64,000 nucleotides of DNA from Lama glama (taxonomy: Eukaryota), in assembly GCA_028534125.1 (NCBI GenBank), contig CM052817.1, positions 55,430,001 to 55,494,000 of the forward strand, in the 5' to 3' direction. Positions within the stretch are counted from its first letter, which is position 1. Every line of letters begins with the position of its first letter. Made by a program: the position numbers and the translations under genes. Shown piece after piece: positions 39,995-52,345 of this stretch. The notes beneath the pieces were generated by a model, which was not told the origin of the DNA, did no database searches, and saw nothing but the letters and a program-made list of their open reading frames with translations.

Positions 39995-40510
39995 AACTGT
40001 CTCTTAGTATCTTCTTCCCTCTCAGTTTCTCACTATGTCTACCTTTCTCTTTCTTTCTCTTCCTTGCACAGAACAACCTCAATGTTTTCTTTGGATGCAA
40101 TGATCACTTAAATTCCCCAGTCTCCCTTAGAGCTAGCTTTGGACATGGAAGCTTGCTCCAGTGACTTGTAAGCAAAAGTGATGTGTGAAATTTCCAGATG
40201 ATCTTCTCAAAGTTCAAGCTCTTCACTCTAAGCTTCTTTTCCCCTTCCCATGGGCCAGACTAGTATGTGGAGACAAGCTCATTTAACCTATGCAGATGAG
40301 AAAAACACCATGGTAAAAATGCAGAACAACAAATGATAGAAACTGGATCTTTGAATGTCTTTCAGTTGCAGGGTTTCTCTGCCGGCACTATGTCAATGAG
40401 CTTTCAATTCCATTTTATTTAAGACACTGTATTTTCTTTTCTTCTTTTTCTTTTTTTTTTTTCATTTTTGCTTTGATTTGTTTTTGTTACAGTAGCTCAA
40501 AGTAACTTAT
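39995..40510 (+). mobile_element. MaLR LTR (MLT1J-like)
   Basis: ccccagtctcccttagagctag...gtaagcaaaagtgatgtgtgaaatttccag...atgcagatgag...tttaagacactgtattt...tttgttacagtagc. Confidence 0.7.
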
Positions 40511-40522
40511 TTTTTTGGTCAC

Positions 40523-41870
40523 TTTTTAAAATAGCTTTATGGGCTAGAATCTACATCTTATACAAGTCACCCATTGAAAGTATACATTTCGGTCCTTTTT
40601 TTTTTAAGCATTCTCACAGGTATGTATAATCTTCACCACAGTCAAATTTAGACCATTTTTGCCACCTCAAACAGAAAGCCCTTCATCCTTTATCTATTAT
40701 CTTCCTATCCTACTGTTCCCCCTGCCATTTCTAAACAACAGCTCTTCTACTTTTTGTCTCCATAGATGTCTTTGGTCTGTACATTTCATATGAAAGGAAT
40801 AATATAATTTGTGGCCTTTTGTGACCAAATTCTTTCATTTATCATAATACTTTCAAGGTTCATCCATGTATCAGGCATGCATCACTGTTTTATTCATCTT
40901 TATGGCTGAATAATAGTCCATTGTATGGATATACCAGTTTGTTTATCCATTAATCAATTCATAGAATTTGGATTGTTTCTATCTGTTGGCTATTGTGAAT
41001 AATGCTAGTATAAACCTTCATGTACAAATTTTGTGTTGATTTATGTTTTCATTTCTCTTTTTGGTATAAACCTAGGAATATAATTGCTGGATCTTACGGT
41101 AAAACTATATTGAATTGTTTGAGAAACCACCAGAATGTTTTCCAAAATGGCTGCACCATTTTAAATTTCCACTATCAGTGTATGAAGGCTCCAGTTTTTC
41201 CATATCTTCACCAAAAGTTGTTACTGACTTTTTGATTATAGTCATCCTAGTGGGTATGAACTGGTATTTCATGAAGTTATGATTTACATTTCTCTGATGA
41301 CTAATAAGATTGAGCATCTTTTCATGTGCTTATTGACCATTTATATGTCTTCCTTGGAGAAATGTTTATTCAGATACATTGCCCATTTTTAAATTGGGTT
41401 ATTTGTCTTTCTACTATTGAGTTGTAAGAGGTTTTTCTTTGTATTTTCTTAATTCAAGTCCAGTATCAGGTATATGATTTACAGATATTTTCTTCTATTC
41501 TTTGGATTGCCTTTCACTCTCTTAATGGTGTCCTTTAAAACACATGCATTTTTTAAAATTTGATGAAGTACAATTTATCTGTTTTTCTCTTGTTGTAACT
41601 TTGTGCTTTTGATGTCATAGCTAAAGAATCCTTCGTCAAATCCAAGATCATGAAGATTTATTCCTATGTTTTCTGCAAAAATTTTCATAATTTTCTTTCA
41701 TAGTTAGCCTGGCTAGAGGCATATTGAAAGAACTAGCTTTTCATCTTGTTGATTTTCTCTGTTGATTTCCTGTTTTAAATTTCATTGGTTTCTGTTCTAA
41801 TTCTTATTACTTATTTTCTTCTGCTTACATTGAGTTTAATATTCTCTTTTTTCTAATTTCCTAAAGTTAT
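40523..41870 (-). mobile_element. LINE-1 (L1MB-like) 3' end + ORF2 with internal deletion near 41700
   Basis: aaatagctttat...aagtcacccattgaaagtataca 3' end; minus ORF 41105-41317 contains YQFIPTRMTIIKK. 41700-41870 resembles a more upstream part of ORF2. Confidence 0.85.
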
Positions 41871-44519
41871 TTTATTTATTCATCATTTTAATAGACATTT
41901 TCACTTCTAAAAAGACCACTGTTTTTATTGCAGGAAATACAAAAAGAAGAAAGACAGGAAGGAAAAAATATTTATTATTTACTTTTGATTTCCATCATGC
42001 CACATCCATACAAAAATTTAGTTTCACCTATGTGAAGAATTAGTCTTCCCATGTGTATTGATGAAGAAATGGAGGATCAGAGATAACCAGTTTTGGTTAA
42101 TACAGGTCAAGAACATAAGCCCAAGCAAATGTTCTTTCTACCATTATACTGACTTTCACTGATAACAATGGAAAATGTCCCTTTAGATATACATTTAGAG
42201 AGAATAAATGACACGTTTAAAGAAAGAATTTTCAACATAGATGTCTTTGACATTTCAAAATATATAGCTTAATAATATTTGATTTTCCCAACTGCAGGTT
42301 TAAAAAAAACCTGAAGCAAAATTATAATACATATTTTTTATTATTTTTTCTTTTACTTTCTTTACTAGAACTACTCATTTTCGGGGTCAGGTCCCTCAAA
42401 CACAATTTTTAAACAAATTTCTTAAGTATTTAAACATTCTAGGCCTTCCTTATGTCAGACTCACTTATGATATCCAATCTTTAACAAACAATAATCTCTT
42501 CCCTCCTCTACCTTTAAATTATTTTATAAACCCCTAAATCTCCCACAGGGACAATATAACATTCAAGAGGAGGCATTGACCAAACTAGTAAAGGTTAGAA
42601 GAAAAATTTCAGGTCTCAGTGGAACAAGCTTAAAGATTTCTCTCTGAATAGGATCTGGAGCTACCTTAATCCTTTTTTTTTTTTTTTTAAATCAGTGTCA
42701 CTGGAGACTTTCTCTATTGTATAGAAAAGAATCAAGATGAATTAGTTATACTCCACTTGTGTTACCAAGGCATTTCCTAACCTTCTGTAAAAGCTCCATA
42801 CTGTAGCATCGAGAAATGATTAACCATTTGCTAGAAAAACACAAAAAATACAGTATTCAAAGTTCTTGGCTTAAAAAGTCATACAAAAAATTTACAATTT
42901 CCTGATAGCTTGCCTATTATCTGATAAGATGAATGCAAACATTCTATTTAAAAGACATTTTCTCGAATTTTTAAAATACTGTTACTTGCATAGCTTACCT
43001 CTTTGTTATTTAAAAAAATGGATGGAAAAATAAAAACCTTCTACATTAACATGGTTCTTTGCCCTACCTGACTTTCTTTCTTACTGCTTCTGGAGAACAG
43101 TCTCTTTGCTGATACCCTTTGCTGTTGCTGTTCATCACATTTGGGACATCAGCAGAGTAGAAGTTTTCTTGTCACACATTTTAGAAGACTCTTATGCTTT
43201 ATTTTCCTTGCCATCAATCTCAAGTTTTTCATGCTGAAAGATATGGCTTGCTTTGCTGTTTGCCCCTACACAGTCCTGTAACATCTTATCACTTCCTGGC
43301 TGGATACAGTATCTTCTGGTTTTGCCAGAGGCACCTCAGTTTCCCTGAGTAGAAATCACTAAGGACCTAACGAACTCATTCCAGTCACTACCAGGACTGC
43401 TACCGCTGCTGAAATTGTGTCTTTATTGTCACTGACTTTACAACTCATTGCTGGAAATTTCGTAAAGGGAACATCTACATTTGTTCACTATTGGATATTT
43501 GTATCCCAGACAGGATCCACTTTTGAAGGAATGTCAGCCTTCTTGCTAAGGAGATTGGAAGCTACCAGGATTGTTTCCACTAATCCAAAGTGAGAGTTCA
43601 ACTTAGTCATGAAGAATATCAGTAAGTAACTTGTTATTCATTTTAAATGCTTAAAATCATATACTGTTAGAGCAGTAATTGACTAGAGAGAGAAAGTCTA
43701 ATATTCTGTTTTTATAGATAAGGAAACTAAGGCAAGTTTCACCTTAATCATCCTGTTAATAATTTCTTTCCATCACATAATATTGCCTTCACTCTGTAAA
43801 GTGGGTCTTTAAGGATTTTACCACATATTTTTTTAAGAAGAGATGGAATGTTTAAACATGTTTAATGATGAGAATTAAAATAAGCCTCATTGAATCTCTA
43901 AAAATTATTGAAAACTTAGCATATGAATATTTCATGGTAAAAAGAAACAAGGTGGGCATGGAGGGGAGAAACAAAATTTAACAGGTTTTCTAAGTCTATA
44001 ATTGTACCTATGGAGTCTAAATTCTAAAGGGGAACAGGCACACACACACATGCATGCAAATAGTAAACAGGTAACAATCCTAAGCTATAATATGGTTCTT
44101 TGCTATTTGTATAAGATTTAACCATTCCAGATTAATACTTTTCTTTGTTATTTAGAAGTGTCTAATGTCTAGGTAGGAAGACTCCAGAGTTTTCTGCATA
44201 GTCAGGTTAAGCCTAAAATGATTATAAAGTCTCTATATCTGGTTTACTTTTTCTTTCCATTAGAATGAACAAAAAAGCACTTTATGTTTTATTGAAAAAG
44301 TTAGTCTGATCGTTTTCAGTGCATTATACTCTAAAATTATATTTTGGGAGCCTGAACAAAGACATAAGTTGTCAATAAATATGACCTACAAGAAATATTA
44401 ACACACTGAAATATAATTAATTTATATAGAAACTATAGACAAATGCATGAATGAGCAGAAAAAACTAGACAATAATAAAAATGTATATGTACATGTAACA
44501 TGAACACATAAATGAGATT

Positions 44520-44965
44520 CTGTCCGGAATTGACAGATTCTTTAATAAAATAAAGTGGGAGAATATAATTGAAAGACATTGGGGTGGGTGAGGTGGGATG
44601 GAGCTGGTAGGGGAGTGAAGGGCATTTTAGATTTGGTGAATCAATGTATCTCTGAATTGTAAATTTCATGTGAAACCAGAATAATGAAGCTGATTCAGCA
44701 GAGCACAAATCTGAGCATCTGCATTCCAGGTGAAATGTGAATGGGAAAAACTTGCCTTGTTTGGGGAAAAAAATGAGCAAGTATGGATAAAACATTGATA
44801 ACCATGGGAAAGTGGTTTGAGATGAGATTGGAGAGGTTACCATAGACCACAATATGGTAAGATGTTGGACTTCAGTACAATAGAAAGCCACAGGAGATGT
44901 TTGATCAGAGGAGTATTATTATCTGATACATGCTTTAAAAAATCACTCTGGCTGCAGTATGGACA
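44520..44965 (-). mobile_element. LINE-2 fragment
   Basis: gatgagattggagagg...agaaagccacaggagatgtttgatcagaggag...ttaaaaaatcactctggctgcagtatgga. Confidence 0.7.
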
Positions 44966-45060
44966 GCACACATTTGCTTTTCTTCCATATGGTTGATATA
45001 AACTGGCAAATGCATTCTCATGAATGAAGTAAGTTTTCCCCTTTTCTCAGTCTTTCTCTC

Positions 45061-45062
<2 letters not shown>

Positions 45063-45104
<42 letters not shown>
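45063..45104. repeat. (TG)21 microsatellite
   Basis: Perfect dinucleotide run, counted directly. Confidence 0.97.
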
Positions 45105-45107
<3 letters not shown>

Positions 45108-45274
45108 GTTTTGTTTCCCCAAGCAATCTTTGGAAACGCCAGTGGGATAGTTAGAAAGATCTTATAGAGCCACAAGAGGTTATGGGCTATGGATTTAAAT
45201 TCCTTGTAGTGACACAGGATATGTGATTGAATAATGGAATATTATAGAAAAATTCAGTTTAGCTTTATTTACCC

Positions 45275-46514
45275 CAGAGATACCAGTGAAATTCAGTGAG
45301 GGAAAAATGTTATTTTCAATAAACAGGAGCAATTTGACTTCCCTTTGAAAAAAAAAAGGTAAACATTAACCCTTTTCCTCATATAGTACATCAAAAGTAT
45401 TTAGAGAAGAATCATATATATCTAAGTGTGGAATGTAAAACAATAAAGCATTTGAATTATAGGAAAATATATACATGATCTTGGTACAGGCAAAGATTTT
45501 TGAAACAGAATCCCAAAACACAAGCAGACAATAAACACTGAATTTCAGTAAAATTTTTGACATCCATTTATAGATAAATAGATACATAGATAATACAGAT
45601 TTAACAAAGGACTCAAATCCAGAATATATAAATATTTCCTAGGAATCTGAGAAAGATAAAAGAACTAATTTTTTTAAAATGAGCAAAAAACTCAATAGCT
45701 ACTTTGAAAAAGAGGATATTCAAATAGCCAGTGAACATCCTAAAATGTGTTAATAACATCATTACTCCTCAGTGAAATGCAAATTAATACCACAATGAGG
45801 TTCCTTTAGCCACTCATCCAATAGCTAACGATGAAAAGAGTGATGATACAAAGTGTCAGTGAACATGTGAAGCAATTGAATTCTCATATATATTGTTATT
45901 TGAATGTTAAGTGCATCAACACTTTGGAACACAGTTTGGCATTATTTACTTCATTTAATTAAATACTTACTCTTTGACTAACAGTTTCACTCTTAAGTTT
46001 ATGATCAAGTGAAAATAGTGCATATGTTCAGCAAAAGACATGAGTATAAGAATATTTATTACAGCTTTACACTTAAGAGGTAAAAATGGAATTAGCTCAA
46101 AGTTCCATCATAAAATAGTGGGTAAATAAAATATGGCTCATTGTAAAATGAAACTTTACCTAGAAATAGAATAAGATTAATACTATGGATAGACACCTTA
46201 GAATTGATGAATCTCAGACAGCATTTGGAGCAAAAGAAGCCAGAAAATAATTGGTTATGATTTCACATATTTGAAATTTAAGTAGAGGCAATACTAACTG
46301 ATGATATTAGAATACAGAATAGTGATTACTTTGGGATAATATTAATGGGTAGAGGGTAAAGGGGAAATTTGAGGGCTGCAATATACTTTATGATGATTTA
46401 GCTGTAAGTTACATTAGTACATGTATGTGTAAAAAATTATTGATATTATGCACTTATGATTAGCTCACCTTTCTGTATGTTTCTGACGTGTCACTTAAAA
46501 GTAAACAAACAAAA
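45275..46514 (+). mobile_element. Old LINE-1 (L1ME-like) ORF2 3' part and 3'UTR
   Basis: gaaatgcaaattaataccacaatgag, caacactttggaacacagtttggca, gatgaatctcagacag...aaagaagccaga, cacttatgattagctcacc. Confidence 0.8.
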
Positions 46515-48946
46515 TCATTTGAGTTTTCACTCTCAAACTGCAAATTAACGTATGTTTGGTATATCCCTAACTGGACTCCAAAGCCATGAGACAGAATGAG
46601 CTAATGGCTAAAAAACAAAATGAAGCCATACCAGTTCTGTTTGAAACACAGTATATTCCAATTCAGTATCACTTGAAAAAAACAAAAACAAAACCGAAAT
46701 AACAACAATGAAAAAACAACCGTGAGAGGAAAAAAATGTAAATTTTCTGAGGAAAGACCATTGTAATATCACAACTAATGAACTGTTTTTACCCTGGACA
46801 ACACAAACACAGTGGATGGTTGGAAGAGTAGTCAAGATCGGGAAGAGAGATGGCAAAAAAGCGTGATGATAAAAAAGAATCCAGAAAATATAAAGATAAA
46901 ATGGTACAGAAATATTCAAGATTACTCAACATCACTGTTTAATACAGGTAGAAAACATTAAATTCTTTAACACAAAAATTTCCCTATATTTTCTACATAC
47001 TAAATTAGTAACCTTCCAATCTTAAAAGCAGATGCTACCATTAAGGCTATATTTCACACAATTTTTTCCCCTTACATCTATGCTAGTTCACACTTACTTC
47101 CTTCAGAAATCTTGTATATCTACCATATGGTCCTGGTGATTTATTGGACGTGAATTACTCTACTTGCTCTATAACTCTCTCATTTTAGACGTCAGTCTTT
47201 GTCAAGGGCACCATCTGATGCTCTATGAAAACTGCCTTAGGAATAGAAATTTTCCCAAAGTTCTCTCAAGTGTTCTAATATGAAAACCATTTTTTTCCCT
47301 TCATCTTTCTGTTAGCAACTTTAAAAATTCTCCTGAAGGACTTAGAGCTCTCATTATAGTTCATTTACTTAATGTACATACTTTCCAATTTTTCTTGTAT
47401 TTTTTTGTGTTTCTTATTGCTATATTTGGCTAACCTTCTGCTGAACTTTTGCCATTGTTTGATTTAAATAAAATCTGTACAATTCTACCTCTAATCCTTA
47501 GGAAATCTGAAATATAATACAAATAATAAATCACTAAAGTAATAATAATTAGAATAACAGTTCACATTCTCTAACTTGATTGATTTTTATCTAAGGAAAA
47601 TTTTCTAAGGTCCTATATAGTTTCAGATTATGTTTTCAAAGCTAGGAAAAATTGCTGGTTGTGGTATATAAGCCAACTGAATTAAAATAGAACCCATGTT
47701 ACCCAAGTGAAATTATCTACATTCATTTCAATAAGTATTCTAACAGGCTGTGTCTTGGAATTTACATACAACTATTTAAAAAGAAGAGTCTTCATTTTGT
47801 TGTAATGAAGAAAAACTGTCTTATATTTATTCATCATCCATATACGTAAACAAATATGTTTTCATTCGTACCATTCACAGTTATTGAGCATCAGCAAAGA
47901 CTATGTCACCTCTGTCCAGGGGACTTACAGATACTCCTAATACTTCTTAAAGTTAAAAAAAAAATCATATACATGTTTACGTTTGTCCATGTAAGAGTGT
48001 GGGATGTGGATATTGAGGAATTTAATCATGATACGACTCCCATTCCATCCTGATGGCCTACTAAATTACTTCCTGTCAGGTTTCTTCTCCTTCTGTTTAT
48101 TTTAAAAAATACATAGCCATATATGTGTCAGTTTAGGCCATCCTATAGTATTTAGAAAAAGCTCCCATTGGATATTACACTGTGTTAGATAACCATTATT
48201 AGGAGCATATGGACAAAATTCAAGAGTGATTCTTACTCTTCTTAAAGCTAAAGAAAACAAGCCTTAAAATTATCCTGAATTCCTAAATAACTCACCTTCC
48301 CCACCCCCTTTAAACTGCCACCTTTAAAAAGAAGCATTACTAGACTTTGTGTTAGAGATTTTTCTACATTATCACCCTATTTGCAAACTATACAGGGAAA
48401 TGCCTTTGGAATATGTGTGGTCACCAAATGAGCTGTGCATAGAGGATGGATGCATGTCTTTTCCTGAGAAGCCTGAGCACCTTCATCTCTACAGAAGTCA
48501 GCTCAGTTAAGAGACCCACCTTCTGATGGTCACTATTAGCCAGTCACAGAAGGACAAAACCTGCTTCATTGTACTTATTTAAGATATGATGGCAGCAGGG
48601 GATAGAATGCTGATTCTCTATGGTAGCACCATAAAGAGGTTTATTTTTCTTTATTTGAAGAGGAATGAAAGCTCTAAGGTAAGAAGGTGGTATCATAAGA
48701 TTTACCTTTGAAAATATATGGCTGCTATGAGAGTGAACTATTAGAAGAGGACCAAAGTAGATACAAAGAAGAGTTTTTGTTAAATGTGAATGAATTTCTA
48801 AAATGGTGGTATAAGTAGTAGTAAAGATGGAGATTTAAGCACATGAATACTGGGAGATAATAGAAAGCAAAACCATTAGTACTTTGTGATAGACTGGGTA
48901 TGTTAGCTGAAAGACAGTGAGGTCTCAATGATGACTCCGTAGTTTC

Positions 48947-49373
48947 TGTGGAATCCACAGATATCTGGCAGATTCCTGCTCCAAGGCCCCTCAGGCACCT
49001 GGCTGCTGCCCTTTGAAGATAACAAAGAACATTCCTTCCCTAATACATACCTGCCTTAGCTGAGATAATGATCTACTTTACAATGCCCAGAAGCCTGACC
49101 ACGAGGACCAATCACAACCCCCTACAAAACTCCCTAGCCCTACCCTTTCACAACCGCCTTTGTGTCCTTTGTCATGTAAGCACAAGGAGATTAAGGTTGC
49201 CCTACCTTTTAGGAAACTCAGCAATGGAACCTAGGCATACAGACACCTCTCCTCTGTGGCCCACTGTTGCCTCTAGCAATGTATCAATCTAATAAACCCC
49301 TTTACTATCTCAGTCCTTTGTTTCTGATAAATTCTTTAACCACCTGCATACAGGCCCAACAAATCCCACAACA
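48947..49373 (+). mobile_element. Intact solo LTR (ERV, family unassigned) inserted into a LINE-2
   Basis: TG...CA termini; CCAAT at 49108-49112; AATAAA at 49291-49296; TSD gtttc (48942-48946)/ttttc (49374-49378). Removing it restores an L2-like gatgactccgtagtttctag. Confidence 0.75.
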
Positions 49374-52194
49374 TTTTCTAGTTACCATAAATGTATGAAT
49401 GATAGAGCTCTTTCCTAGGATATGTAAAGTAGGAGGAAAGACATATTTGAGTGTGTAGTAGGAGAGAGAGCCGGGGTTCAGTTTTGGATGATCTGAGTGT
49501 CTCACCGACATTTAATATAGGCCATGGGGCATGTTACAGACATGTCCCGAGCAAATGGAGACCTACCTTGCTTCCCTGTTAAGTTATATCCTGTCCTATT
49601 AAGCCTGCCTTATTTCCTTATTTGCTTTCTTAGTATATATTACATTTACTCTTAACTTACTTGTCTATATATTTTTGTCATTCCCTTTCTTCTCAACTGG
49701 AATAAATTTGTGAAAAGAATTAAATTACTTCCTAAGATCCAACTCCTTTCATTCTTCTCTCATCCCTTCAAATGTTTGTTGAGCACTTAGTATGTTCCAT
49801 GAATGATTCCAGCCAGACACCTGGAATATAGCCAGTGTACTAGATGGAGTTCTGACAACTGAGATTTTAGGGACCAGTGCCATGACTGGAAGCCAGGTAT
49901 TTTTTACTGTTGGTCAGTATTCTCCCAAACACTGTACTGACTCTTAATACTGATACAGATCTGCCTTTTAACAGAACCAAAAACTAGGAAAATAAATGGT
50001 CTCAGCAAAAGTAATGGTGGAAATAATAAAAGTAACCAGTGGAGGCAGAGAGAAAAGGTAAGAAATTGATGAAATGAGATTTGAGATTACTTCAAAGTTT
50101 ACACAATAGGGGGGAAAAGAAAATTTATTTTTTTACCCTTTTGGGAAAAGACTATAGCTCTTTGAAACTCTGAATTCTCATATAGTAGAAGCCAATAATT
50201 TAGTTTCAGGGTCCAATGCTAAACTAAATTGGAGACAGTTTTCATCTACATCAATTTTTAATAAAAATTTGATTGCTATTTATATTTTGTGAACTCTGAG
50301 CATAGTTAACTGTTGTTTTTTAGGAGGGAATGATTGAAAAAGAAGTGAAGGAAAGTGGGTTATTTCTTCATTACATTTAAAGAAAATGAATCAATAATAA
50401 CATATAATATATAGTTTTAAGTATATGCTAATTCTGTTCCATTAATTAGTTTCCATACTCTAATTCTTATTCTAAGTTACATCCTAGGTTAAAATATCTT
50501 TGTCTTATTTTTGTTGTTGTTTCTTTTGTTTGGTCTTAAATGGGTTTTGCCTCACATATCAATATACTTTCTGAATGAGAAGAATAACTATAGAATGTAT
50601 TTTATTTTCAGTCTTTTTTGAAATTCATGAGATGACTTGGAATCACAATGAGAACATGTAGCATAGGAATGAAAGGAATAAAACAGAAGCATAACATGGT
50701 ATATTTGTACTCTTCATCTTTACCCAACCCCTAGATCCATAGCTGGAACTAAAAGACATAAGATTGTGACCTTGAAAATCTCCATCTGTCAAGTTTCTCC
50801 TATGTATTAACTTAATCATTACTGATAAATCTCTGACTTTTAATTATATTATTCAAATAAATTAGGATATATGGGGCATTTCTTTGACTTGTTGTATCTA
50901 TATCAAATAATATTGAATGTGCATCTAATGAGGAAGTATTACACTGTGAAAGACTTTAGTGTCTACCTGAAGTGAAAGGGAAAGAGACTTTCTTCCCTAT
51001 TTTTAGACAATAGAGTAGGCAGAGGCTGAGTCTAATGTGGAAGAGAGCCTCACATGGATGCAAACTGGTTTATTCATCAAACTGAAGTTTTGGATGAGAG
51101 CAATAAATAAATCTATTCACCCTTCATCTTTAGAGGGTACCTGCAGTGCACTGGGAAATGACTTCAATAATTGTATCCAGACATTCTCGCTTCAACTAGC
51201 ACATTGAATATTAGTCTCTGTGGAACGTCTGCAATTACTAACTGTCATGTGAAAATTTCCATCGTTTTTCATGGGAAGAATAGAAAAGAAATATATATAT
51301 AACTGATTCCCTTGAACTGACAATTGACAGGCAGGTGAAAGTGAAGAAAGTAGGATTTGGGCTCATACTATGAAATCATCTTGGGAAGAGGCATTAGAAT
51401 CAAGGTGATGCATAGATCTTATAGATATTGCCCCAACACCTCTTTTTGAAAACCCCATTTATCATTTGAAAATAGGAATAATTGCAAAGTGTAATGCATT
51501 TATCAGTGGCGTTTACTATAGTATTTAGGCTAAAAGTGATGATGGTTGCTAAAAATAAAACCCTCTTAAACTAGTATCATTTTCCCCAGAGGGGAAAAGC
51601 TCCATAAAAACACTTTTGAGGGGAGTGAGAAGAGAGCATAATTACACTGGGAGAATAAAATTACGTTGTTTAATTTGGCAATTTAGAACTTCTATAAAGT
51701 AAACCAAATCTCATCTCTAGTCAAATAGGTAAAATAAACACCGTCTTCTGGTGACAGTTGAGTTTCAATTGACAAATGAGTATGGTTTGAAACTAAGCTC
51801 TCGTGGGTACCTTGTCAGGTATTCCCAGAAATTTAATCTGCTTCCACAGTTGCTAAATACATGGAGTAATACTGATGTCTATTTTTTTTTTGGTCAGTGT
51901 TCCATCCCTCATAAAAAATGTGCTAAATAAACTTGAATTATTATTAAAATATTTCTTGATTTTTATGGAAACCATTATGGGAAAGAAATGTTGGGTGAGA
52001 GATAGCATGTACATGACACGTGTATGATACTGAAACCAGTACTAGTTGACCATGTTTAGGTCCTTTGCATGCATAATGAGGATCAGATTGCTTACTTTTT
52101 GCACCAAATAAGTCACTTCTTTACTCTATGAACTTTGATATGTAACTTGATTTCTTATGTCTCAATGTCCATCTTGCAAAATGTAGGACACCAT

Positions 52195-52345
52195 GTGTCC
52201 AAGAGCATGAAACTTGGGACCAGATTGATTTCATCCAAATCAGACCAATCCCTTACTAGTAGTCACAATGGAATTTCTTAATCTCCCTCTGATTTGCACT
52301 CCACATATGTAAAATGAGAATAGTAATGGTAATTTCATTATGGAA
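52195..52345 (+). mobile_element. MIR SINE
   Basis: aagagcatgaaacttgggaccaga...cttaatctccctctga...tgtaaaatgagaatagtaatggta. Confidence 0.6.

Noticed and set aside
43060..43610. GC-richer unique block as a decayed minus-strand exon (MTKLNSHFGLVETILVAS...)
   Set aside because: The best frame I read has 5 stops in about 115 codons, no better than chance, and no recognisable homology.
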